Shown here piece by piece: positions 14,886 to 24,300 of a stretch of 64,000 nucleotides of DNA; position 1 is the first letter of the stretch, and the number at the start of each line of letters is the position of its first letter. The notes beneath the pieces were generated by a model. That model saw only the letters and a program-made list of their open reading frames with translations, searched no databases and was not told the DNA's origin. Source of the stretch: an uncultured Methanomassiliicoccus sp. (GTDB taxonomy: Archaea > Thermoplasmatota > Thermoplasmata > Methanomassiliicoccales > UBA472). The stretch lies in NCBI GenBank assembly GCA_964585915.1, contig CAZPFU010000004.1, forward strand, positions 45,686 to 109,685, read 5' to 3'. The translations under genes were made by a program, and so were the position numbers.

Positions 14886-15683
14886 ATGGGGGCGAGAGGC
14901 AATGCCATGGGGCTGATCGCCTGTCACATGCTGGAGGACGAGATGGTGCATGTCCTTTCCCGAGATAAGGGGGTGGAGCGGATATTAGTGGTGGATGCCC
15001 AGGTGTCCAACACCTTATTGCGCAAACTGAGACAGAATTGTACTAGGGCCTCGATCGAACTGATATCACCTGACGACATCGCGGATCTGAGACTGGAGGG
15101 TGCGGAGCGCGTGTTGCTCTGGCAAAGGCCGGTGAAACTGCATGTCTCTCCCGATCTGCTTCGCGACGACGTGCTGAAGATAATCGGAATGATAGAGGAG
15201 CTCTGCTCCGTCATAATGGTGTTTTACGGGTTGTGCGGCAACGCCTTCCGCAACCTGGAATCCATTGTGAAGGACGTGCCCGTTCCGGTGACGATCCTGA
15301 AGGATGACACTGGACAGGTGGTCGACGACTGCATGGGGGTGGCCGCAGGTGGTGTGGAATGCTACCTGAAACTGCTCCGCTCGCACCACGGCGCTTTCTT
15401 CTTGAGCCCGATGTGGGCCTCCGATTGGCGAAGGTTCTTTGTGGACATAATGGTCCTCCAGGACCCCGAAGACCTGGAGGGGGCGCGTTACATCTTCCAG
15501 TACATGAACTACACCACGGTCACCATGATGTGCACTGGGCTGGGTGGAAACGATGAGTTCCACCAGGAGGTTGACGAATTCTCAAGGGCTTTCGGGTTGG
15601 CGATAGAGGAACATGAATGCAGCACTGATGTGGTAGACCGCTCTTATGCGGAAGCAAAACGATTGGCCTGTTCAAGACCATAG
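14886..15683 (+). CDS. DUF1638 domain protein
   Basis: 265 aa; LIACHMLEDEM N-terminus and FYGLCGNAF core as I recall for DUF1638, which is commonly adjacent to corrinoid methyltransferase genes; GGTGA SD 4 nt upstream. Confidence 0.65.
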   Translation: MGARGNAMGLIACHMLEDEMVHVLSRDKGVERILVVDAQVSNTLLRKLRQNCTRASIELISPDDIADLRLEGAERVLLWQRPVKLHVSPDLLRDDVLKIIGMIEELCSVIMVFYGLCGNAFRNLESIVKDVPVPVTILKDDTGQVVDDCMGVAAGGVECYLKLLRSHHGAFFLSPMWASDWRRFFVDIMVLQDPEDLEGARYIFQYMNYTTVTMMCTGLGGNDEFHQEVDEFSRAFGLAIEEHECSTDVVDRSYAEAKRLACSRP

Positions 15684-15729
15684 ACCGTTGCACTTTTACA
15701 TTTTCAAGATTGGGGGGCGGGGTCGTTGA

Positions 15730-16764
15730 TCAGATCTTATACCTTAGTAACGCACCCATCCCGCCCAGCGCCTCCAGCTTCTTCCCGCCCTCGTGCAGCT
15801 CGCTGACGATCGTCACTCGACCGCGGGCCTCCTCCACGGAACGCATCAGCGCCTCCACGTCCTTCTCTCGGACCATCGAGTCCAGTATCAGCAGCTGCTC
15901 CACCGCCCCGGCCTTGGCGGCCTCGCGCACTTCCTTCGGTCCGTACGTGGCGAAGCCGTCCGTCCCCACCTGCTCCAGCAGCTTCTCTACCAGCTCCGTT
16001 TCTTCCGCCACGCGAGAGTCCTTGAGCACCTCGGTGCACATCCCCCGCTTCATGAGCTCCTGGATGCCGGTCATTCCTGACTGCCCCGTGTGGTAAAGGC
16101 AGGCCTTGGAGAACATCTCCGGCTCCTTCTCCTTGCCCTTGGCGATCAGCGTCTCCTTGGCGAAGCCCGGCCCCAGGATCACTATCGGCACGCCCGGAGA
16201 ATACCCTTGCTTGGCCTTGGCGATTATCTCGCCGAAATAATCCCCCTCCTCCTTGGTGGCGTACATCTTGCCGTGCCCGCCGGCGAATATGTCCGCCAAA
16301 CGCTGCACGCCGAACTGGCGCATCACGGCCACCGTCGCTTCGTCATCGTCCAACGAGATGAACATGACGCTCGGTTTCTTGCTGTCCTCGACGGCGCGTC
16401 GCACCCGGTCCAGCTGGGAGGGTTTCCAATGCTGCTTGATGACCGAGAGAACCTCGCCCTCCTCCATGATCAGGGTGTGATAGGAACCCACATCCTGCGG
16501 CCCTTCCTCTATCATGCCCAATAAACGTAATCGGTTATCGAACTCCCCGAACTCCACCTTTTCGAGACGGATGCCAAGGGTCATCCGCTTTTTCTCGCCC
16601 CGCTCCGCTCGGATCTTATCGGACTTCGCTTCCTCACGACGATACGTCGAAGCGAACACCAGGTCCCCGGGGGTCAGGATGTTATAGAGATGCCAGAGAT
16701 CGTCGGCCACCTCCACCTGCATCTTGATCTCCCCCTTGAAGCGGTCCTGGTGCAGTACCTTCAT
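15730..16764 (-). CDS. pelA: mRNA surveillance protein Pelota
   Basis: MKVLHQD...GEIKMQVEVADDLWHLYNIL N-terminus and eRF1-like domains; about 344 aa. Confidence 0.9.
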   Translation of the reverse strand: MKVLHQDRFKGEIKMQVEVADDLWHLYNILTPGDLVFASTYRREEAKSDKIRAERGEKKRMTLGIRLEKVEFGEFDNRLRLLGMIEEGPQDVGSYHTLIMEEGEVLSVIKQHWKPSQLDRVRRAVEDSKKPSVMFISLDDDEATVAVMRQFGVQRLADIFAGGHGKMYATKEEGDYFGEIIAKAKQGYSPGVPIVILGPGFAKETLIAKGKEKEPEMFSKACLYHTGQSGMTGIQELMKRGMCTEVLKDSRVAEETELVEKLLEQVGTDGFATYGPKEVREAAKAGAVEQLLILDSMVREKDVEALMRSVEEARGRVTIVSELHEGGKKLEALGGMGALLRYKI

Positions 16765-16943
16765 CGTCCTGGTCATGCTCTACCGGGCATTTATGGTTGT
16801 CCCAATGCGTCCGGAATTGGACAAAAACATAAACTAACCATCGAAATTCTGGACGGTCTGTAGGCATCCAGACAAAAGGGTTCCAGTCGGGTTTGGAATC
16901 TCAGTAAGCATTAAGTACCCTACAATGCTACCGTGGATTTCTG

Positions 16944-18023
16944 ATGGCGAAGTGCTTCCTGGTTCTCGAGGACGGGACTATCATGGAGGGCACGGGATTT
17001 GGTTCCATGGAGAACACCTCTGGGGAGGTGGTCTTCAGCACTGGCATGACCGGCTATCAGGAAGGCCTGACCGACCCTTCATTCCGCGGCCAAATTCTCA
17101 CGATGTCCTACCCCCTCATCGGTAATTATGGTGTCAATCTTAAGGACAATGAGTCCGAGAAGGTTCAGGTAAATGGTTTCGTGGTGCGGGAGCTTTGCGA
17201 TTCCCCTACTGACGTTTACGGAGGGAAGGACCTCAATTCATTCCTTAAGGAGAACGGGATCCCGGGGATCGCGGGCGTAGATACCCGCTCCCTCATCATC
17301 AAGATACGCAACGCCGGGACCATGAAAGGAGCGATCGTCTACGATGGCGATGTCGAGGAGCATCTCGAACGGATAAGGAAGATGCCCTACCCCTCCGAGA
17401 GCAACCTGGTCGGAGAGGTCAGCCCCCAGAAGGTCCATCACTTCCCTAGGGACGGAGCGAAGAAGGTAGCCCTGTTCGACTGCGGCGCCAAGAACAACAT
17501 CATCAATGAGCTGAGGAAGCGCTTCGAGCTTTACCAGCTTCCCTACGATACCCCGGTCAAGTTCTTCCGCGACCATGAGATCGATGGTTTATTCCTATCC
17601 AATGGTCCGGGCGACCCGGCCCATCCCGCTCTTCAGGAAACGGTCATCAGCAACGTCCGGAAACTGAGGGACGATTATCCCATCATGGGCATATGCATGG
17701 GCAACCAGCTGCTCTGCCAGGTCTTCGGCGGCACCACCTATAAGATGAAGTTCGGTCACCGCGGCGCGAACCAGCCGGTGAAGTATAACGACCGGGTGTT
17801 CATCACCTCCCAGAACCACGGTTATGCGGTCGACCCGGAGAGCATCCAAGGCTCCGGGATGGAGGTCGAGCAGGTCAACGTCAACGATGGGACGGTCGAG
17901 GGCATGCGCCACAAGGAGCTGCCGATATTCTCGGTTCAATATCATCCGGAGGCGCGCCCGGGACCGGCCGATACGCGGTTCCTCTTTGACGATTACGCCA
18001 AGATGCTGGAGGCGAGTAAGTGA
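16944..18023 (+). CDS. carA: carbamoyl-phosphate synthase small (glutaminase) subunit
   Basis: GMTGYQEGLTDPSF, GICMGNQLL catalytic Cys, HGYAV; stop overlaps carB GTG. Confidence 0.95.
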   Translation: MAKCFLVLEDGTIMEGTGFGSMENTSGEVVFSTGMTGYQEGLTDPSFRGQILTMSYPLIGNYGVNLKDNESEKVQVNGFVVRELCDSPTDVYGGKDLNSFLKENGIPGIAGVDTRSLIIKIRNAGTMKGAIVYDGDVEEHLERIRKMPYPSESNLVGEVSPQKVHHFPRDGAKKVALFDCGAKNNIINELRKRFELYQLPYDTPVKFFRDHEIDGLFLSNGPGDPAHPALQETVISNVRKLRDDYPIMGICMGNQLLCQVFGGTTYKMKFGHRGANQPVKYNDRVFITSQNHGYAVDPESIQGSGMEVEQVNVNDGTVEGMRHKELPIFSVQYHPEARPGPADTRFLFDDYAKMLEASK

Positions 18024-21000
18024 GCAAGGGGAAGCTCCTCGTCATCGGCTCCGGACCAATAGTCATCGGCCAGGCGGCCGAGTTCGATTTCTCCGGTTCG
18101 CAGGCCTGCCGCTCCCTCCGCGAGGAAGGCTACACCACCGTTCTCGTTAACTCTAACCCGGCCACCATCCAGACCGATCTGGAGATGGCCGACATCGTTT
18201 ACATCGAACCCCTTAACGTGGAGACCGTCGCCGAGATCATCCGCAAGGAGAAGATCGAGGGCGTTCTCTCCGGCATGGGCGGGCAGACCGCCCTGAACCT
18301 GTGCTCGGAACTAGCGGATAAAGGATATCTCGAGAAGTTGAACTGTCGTTTGTTGGGTACACAACCGCGCGCCATCGCTCTCTCCGAGGATAGGGAGCTG
18401 TTCCGGGAGACTATGATCGAGATCGGAGAACCGATACCTCGCAGCGTCACCGTCACCAACATCGACGACGCCAAGAAGGCTGTAGAGCAGATAGGCGGTT
18501 ACCCGGTGCTGATCCGGCCGGCCTATACCCTGGGAGGCACTGGCGGTGGCATCGCCTACGATGAGGAAGAGCTGATCCCTATCACCGGCCGCGGGTTGAT
18601 CTATTCCCGTATACGCCAGGTCCTGATCGAGGAGAGCGTTCTCGGCTGGAAGGAGCTCGAGTACGAAGTGATGCGGGACAAGAAGGACAACTGCATCATC
18701 ATCTGCACCATGGAGAACCTGGACGCCATGGGCATCCACACCGGCGAGTCCATTGTCGTGGCGCCGCTCCAGACCATCAACGACGAGGACCATCAGAGGA
18801 TGCGTACCGCCTCCATCAAGATCATTCGCGCTCTGGGGATAGAGGGCGGCTGCAACGTGCAGTTCGCTTATAACCCAGCTACCAGGGAGTACCGGGTGAT
18901 CGAGGTGAACCCGCGCGTCTCCCGCTCGTCCGCCCTAGCGTCCAAGGCTACGGGATACCCAATAGCCAGGGTGGCCGCCAAGATCGCTATCGGGAAGACG
19001 TTGGACGAGATACCCAACAAGATCACCGGCAAGACATACGCGGCCTTCGAGCCGACCATCGATTACGTGGTTGCGAAAATACCTCGCTGGCCTTTCGATA
19101 AGTTCCGTACCGTCGAAACAAAGATCGGCACTCAGATGAAGAGCACCGGGGAGGTCATGTCCATCGGCCGCACCATCGAGGAGTCGCTGATGAAGGCGGT
19201 GTGCTCGCTGGAAACGGACCGCATCGACCTGGAGCCGGAGATCTGGAACGACAAGGAGCTGGAGGCCGAGCTTATCGCGCCTTCCGATAAACGTCTGTAC
19301 GCTATCGCGGAAGCGCTGCGGCGAGACTGGACCGTTGAAAAGATCGCCGACCTCACCAAATGGGACGCCTTCTTCGTTCGCAAGGTGAACAACATCGTGA
19401 AGATGGAGAAGGAGCTGGCCGCCGGCCCGCTGATGCCTGAACTAATACGCAGGGCGAAGCGCATGGGCTTCCAGGACGAGAGCATCTCCAAGTTCTCCAA
19501 GAGATCGGAGGCGTCCATCAGGCAGACCAGGCTGGAGAACGGTATCGTACCAACTTACAAGATGGTGGACACCTGCGCCGCCGAGTTCGCCGCGCAGACC
19601 CCTTACTTCTACTCGACGTACGGAACGGAATGCGAAGTTCCGCGGTCGGATAATAAGAAAGTGATCATCGTCGGCGCCGGGCCGATACGCATCGGCCAGG
19701 GGATCGAGTTCGACTACTGCTGCGTGCACGGCGTCATGGCCTGCCAGGCCGCCGGGGTGGACGCGGTGGTCATCAACAACAATCCCGAAACGGTCTCCAC
19801 CGATTACGACATCTCGGACCGCCTATACTTCGAGCCGCTCACGCTCGAGGACGTCATGAACGTCATCGAGAAGGAGGACGCCGACGGCGTCATCCTGCAG
19901 TTCGGCGGGCAGACCTCCGTGAACTTGGCAGTGCCGCTGGAAGCAGCCCTCAAGAACCACAAGTGCAAGGTGCTGGGCACGTCACCGGACATGATGGACG
20001 TGGCGGAGGACCGCAAGCGCTGGTCGGCGCTCATGAAAGAGCTGAACATATCCCAGCCGGAATCCGGCACAGGGCACTCGTACGAGGAGGTCAAGGCCCA
20101 CGCCGACCGCATCGGCTATCCTGTGCTTCTGCGTCCGTCGTACGTGCTGGGCGGGCGGGGCATGGAGATAATCTACACCGAGGACGAACTGAAGCAGTAC
20201 GTCGCCACGGCCGTGAAGGTATCCAAGAAGCACCCGGTGCTCATAGACAAATACCTCACCCACGCCCGGGAGCTGGACGTGGACGTGGTATGCGACGGCA
20301 AGGACGTGTTCATCGGCGGCATCATGGAGCACATCGAGGAGGCGGGCGTGCACTCGGGCGACGCGACGATGGTGCTGCCCTGCCAGACCATACCGCCGAA
20401 GGTCATGGACCGGGTCATCGAGATAACCAACCAAGTGGCGTTGGCCTTGCAGATCAAGGGCAGCATGAACCTTCAGCTGGCGGTGAAGGACGACGAGGTG
20501 TTCATGCTGGAGGCGAACCCGCGTGCTTCCCGCACCGTCCCGTTCATTTCCAAGGCCATCGGCGTCCCGTTGGCTAAGCTTGCCACAAAGGTCATGCTCG
20601 GCGAGTCGTTGAAGGACCTGGGCTACGTGGGCGTGGCCAAGTTCGATCATGTCGCCGTTAAAGCGTCCGTCTTCCCGTTCCTGAAGCTGGTCGGGGTCGA
20701 TTCCATCCTTGGCCCGGAGATGAAGAGCACCGGCGAGGTCATGGGCATCGACAAGAACTACGGCGCGGCGATGTACAAGGCCATGGTGTCGGCCGGAAAC
20801 AAGCTGCCGATGCAGGGCGGCGTGTATGTGACCGTATCGGACGCCGACAAGGCCAACATCCTGCCCATGGTGAAGGACCTGCACGAGATGGGCTTTACCA
20901 TCTACGCTACGAAAGGGACTTCCACTTACATGCGCAACAACGGCGTTCCCGTCACGACCGTATACAAGGTGGCGGAGAACGTCTCGCCTGATGCGTTGGG

Positions 21001-21211
21001 GTTAATGCGACGGGGGGAGATCAACCTGATCATCAACACCCCCACGTACTCGTCCGGATCTCGCCGCGACGGGTACATGATGAGACGCCTGGCTGTAGAG
21101 CTGGAAATCCCCTTTTTGACCACCGTGCATGGAGCCAAGGCCACCGTGTGCGCCATCAAGCGAGCGAGGCAGGGCGACCTCAAGGTCCGGGACATCGCGT
21201 CCTATCACTGA
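18020..21211 (+). CDS. carB: carbamoyl-phosphate synthase large subunit
   Basis: 1063 aa, duplicated ATP-grasp modules (VIEVNPRVSRSSALASKATGYPIA; LEANPRASRTVPFISKAIG), MGS-like C-terminus. Confidence 0.95.
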   Translation: MSKGKLLVIGSGPIVIGQAAEFDFSGSQACRSLREEGYTTVLVNSNPATIQTDLEMADIVYIEPLNVETVAEIIRKEKIEGVLSGMGGQTALNLCSELADKGYLEKLNCRLLGTQPRAIALSEDRELFRETMIEIGEPIPRSVTVTNIDDAKKAVEQIGGYPVLIRPAYTLGGTGGGIAYDEEELIPITGRGLIYSRIRQVLIEESVLGWKELEYEVMRDKKDNCIIICTMENLDAMGIHTGESIVVAPLQTINDEDHQRMRTASIKIIRALGIEGGCNVQFAYNPATREYRVIEVNPRVSRSSALASKATGYPIARVAAKIAIGKTLDEIPNKITGKTYAAFEPTIDYVVAKIPRWPFDKFRTVETKIGTQMKSTGEVMSIGRTIEESLMKAVCSLETDRIDLEPEIWNDKELEAELIAPSDKRLYAIAEALRRDWTVEKIADLTKWDAFFVRKVNNIVKMEKELAAGPLMPELIRRAKRMGFQDESISKFSKRSEASIRQTRLENGIVPTYKMVDTCAAEFAAQTPYFYSTYGTECEVPRSDNKKVIIVGAGPIRIGQGIEFDYCCVHGVMACQAAGVDAVVINNNPETVSTDYDISDRLYFEPLTLEDVMNVIEKEDADGVILQFGGQTSVNLAVPLEAALKNHKCKVLGTSPDMMDVAEDRKRWSALMKELNISQPESGTGHSYEEVKAHADRIGYPVLLRPSYVLGGRGMEIIYTEDELKQYVATAVKVSKKHPVLIDKYLTHARELDVDVVCDGKDVFIGGIMEHIEEAGVHSGDATMVLPCQTIPPKVMDRVIEITNQVALALQIKGSMNLQLAVKDDEVFMLEANPRASRTVPFISKAIGVPLAKLATKVMLGESLKDLGYVGVAKFDHVAVKASVFPFLKLVGVDSILGPEMKSTGEVMGIDKNYGAAMYKAMVSAGNKLPMQGGVYVTVSDADKANILPMVKDLHEMGFTIYATKGTSTYMRNNGVPVTTVYKVAENVSPDALGLMRRGEINLIINTPTYSSGSRRDGYMMRRLAVELEIPFLTTVHGAKATVCAIKRARQGDLKVRDIASYH

Positions 21212-21216
21212 AACCG

Positions 21217-21228
21217 TTTTTTCCTTTT
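21217..21228 (+). terminator. oligo-T tracts (T6 cc T4) after carB
   Basis: tga aaccg TTTTTT cc TTTT cc. Confidence 0.35.
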
Positions 21229-21243
21229 CCAACCCTGATTTAA

Positions 21244-21282
21244 CCTGGAAAGGTAATATATCCAGGCATGACTTTAGCCTGG
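21244..21282 (+). promoter_or_regulatory. promoter of giant surface-protein gene: TATA-like AGGTAATATA bracketed by overlapping 6-bp inverted repeats
   Basis: CCTGGA (21244-49) / TCCAGG (21261-66) flank the TATA; CCAGGC (21262-67) / GCCTGG (21277-82) follow; GGGGGGT SD 8 nt before TTG 21308. Confidence 0.4.
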
Positions 21283-21307
21283 TTTGTAGAAATCGGGGGG
21301 TTTCTGA

Positions 21308-24300
21308 TTGTCGAGAAGTAGAGCTTTAGCCTTAGGTCTGCTCGGTGTGATGGGGTTGCTATTATTGGTCCTGGTGCTGTCCGCGGGGAACGCGACGGCG
21401 GCCGATCCTGCTATCTACGAGGGCGATCCCGACCTGGCGCAGGCGGTCATCGATGGTAATTGCACCGGCAGCGGCACCGCGGATGATCCTTACCTCTTCG
21501 AGGACCAGGTCTTCGAATGCGCGGGATACAGCTATGGTCTGTGGTTCCAGAACATCACGGAACATGTTATGATAGTCAACAGCACCTTCAACAACACCTA
21601 CGCGGTCGACTATCTGCAGGAGGGCGTGGGAGTGGTGCTGGTCAACTGCTCAAACGTCGACATCGCCAACTGCACTTTCACCAACGCCAGATACGGCATC
21701 CTTATCGGATCCTCCGACAACTGCTCGGTCCAGGCCGTGATCGCCGCGGAGCTCTGCGCGGTCACCATCCTCGACTCCGAGAACATCACGATCTCCAACT
21801 CCTTCCTTAACGCGTCCGCCATCAACGCCGTCAAGGTCGTGAACGGCGACGCCATATCCTTCCAGGACTGCGCGGTGCTCGGCGCCGGCATCGACGGGTT
21901 CCTCCTTACGAACTGCGCGAACGTGGTGGTCCGGAACGTCAACATCGACGCCTGGGGCAGCCATTATGCCTTGGTCATCGAAAACAACGCCGGTCCGATC
22001 GACATCAGCGAGTGCCGGATGTTCAATCTCACGCTGGGCAGCTCCGGCGTGAACGGCATGGCCATCAGACTCCACCAGGCCTCGAACGTCAACATCGAGG
22101 ATTGCTCCTTCGTCGAGGCCCCCGTCTCGATAGGGGTTCTCGATTCCGACAACGTAACCATCACGAACTGTGTCGTGGAGACCGACATCGGGCTCTGGGT
22201 CTCCGGATCGGATTGGGTGGAGATGACCGCGAACGGGATGCTCACCCCCGCCTCCCCCACCGCCAGGTTCGCCTACATCCAACAATCCAGTTTCATCGCG
22301 GTGAACGATAGCGAGATAAGCGTGGTCGGGCTCGGGATCTCGGTCACCGGCTCCCAGTTCGTGGTGGTGAACAACACCCGGATCGACGGCATCGCGATGG
22401 CATCCAACAGCGGCATCTATTTCCAGAACAGCAATAATTTCACCGTCTCCTGGTCCACCATAACGTCCTGCGACGGGGCCGCCATATCCCTCGAGGACTG
22501 CCAGGACTTCTCGGTCACCAACAACTCCATCTGGAACAGCCAGAGCGGGGGCGTGACCACCGACCTCTGCAGCCGCGGGGAGTTCGCTCACAACACCCTG
22601 GTCAACCTCGTTGGCCAGGCCATGCAGGTCCGGGGGGATAACCTCACGGTCCTGGCCAACTCGTTCATCGGCATCGGCGACGCCGCCATCTATGCGGCGA
22701 TGGTCGACGGGAATATCGGCGGGAATCTCGTGCAGGACTCCGAGGTATCGATATGGATGCACGCCTGCGCCAATGTGCTGGTCATCGACAACGACCTCCG
22801 TTCCCACGGGAACATATGGGTCGACACCTGCGCGAACGTCAGCCTGGTGCAGAACGACATCACCAACGATGAGGAGGGACCGCAGTCGGCCATCATATTC
22901 TGGGACACCCGTTCCATTCGTATCTTCGAGAACACCATCTCCGGTCCCTACCTCTACGGGATATGGGGCCAGAGCGACGGACAGCAGAATGCCATTGGGA
23001 TCACCGACAACGTACTGGACATCGCTCCGATCAGCGAGTATGCCGCCGGGATATACCTACAAAGGGTCCGTGGACTGGACCTGTCCAACAATTCGGTGAC
23101 GGGGGATGTCCTTCACGGCATCGATCTGGACCAAGTGAGCGATTGCCGGGTGACCGAAAATATGATCGCAGGCACCATCAACGGATTGTACGCGAGGAGC
23201 ATCTATGACGCATTCATCGGCATGAACACCATAAGCGGTGTGGCCGGTTATGGCCTGGATGCCACCGGCATCAGCGGTTCCTCTGAAAATAACATCACCA
23301 TCGCCAACAACACCGTGTCCTCCGCGGACATCGGCATCAGCCTGGTGAACGCCGGTTACTCGGTTCTGTTCGGGAACGATTGCCCGGACTTCGATGAAAT
23401 CGGTTTCCGGGTCCTGACCTGCGTCGGGGTGATCCTGACCAACAACAGCTGCTCGGGGCAGGACCATGATTATGGCCTGTACCTGGACGGCTGCGTCTAC
23501 GCTACCGTCACCGGCGGAGAGTATTACCACGCCAACAACGGCATCCAGATCTACGATTGCGCCGGGATGACCCTGACCGGGGTGGATTCCTCGTTCAACG
23601 CCAATGACGGCCTGTGTATCGGGCCGATGTGCGAGCAGCTCAGCGTGACCGGGTCGTCCTTCTCCAACAACCTCAACGGCATCACCTCGTACTACGGGAA
23701 CCCCTACTACGTGACGATCAGCGGCTGTATCCTGGAGAACAACTCCCAGTACGGGATAAGGCTCGATAATGGAGAATTCTGCGCCATCATCGAAAACTAT
23801 CTGGCCAACAACGGAGGGGAGGGCGTCGTCTTCGCCGGCCTGTCGTTCTCCGACGTTGAAGGCAACATCTTCGTCGACAACGCAGGCACCACCGGGGTGG
23901 CCGATCCCTGGCCCCAGGCCTATGACGACAACCATGGCCATGACCCGGAGTCCATTAACCAGTGGTATCATAACGCCTGGAGCAACCAGCGGAACATCGA
24001 CCACAACGAGGACGGATACGTGGACGAATGGTATCAGGTCGGTCCCTTCATCTACGATGCGGCACCGCTCCCCTACGGCATGAAGATCGAGGCGCCCTCC
24101 GCGCCCCAGGACCTGACCGGGACGGTCGTCGACTGGTACGTGCATCTGGAGTGGAACGCACCGCAGAGCATGGGCAACTCCACGTTCCTTTATTATGACG
24201 TGTACTTCGGGACCTCCCCGGACTTCCAGAGCATGCAGATGTTCATGATGGACACGGAGGAGACCAGCTACGATCACGATTGGGACCTGATCAGCGGTCA

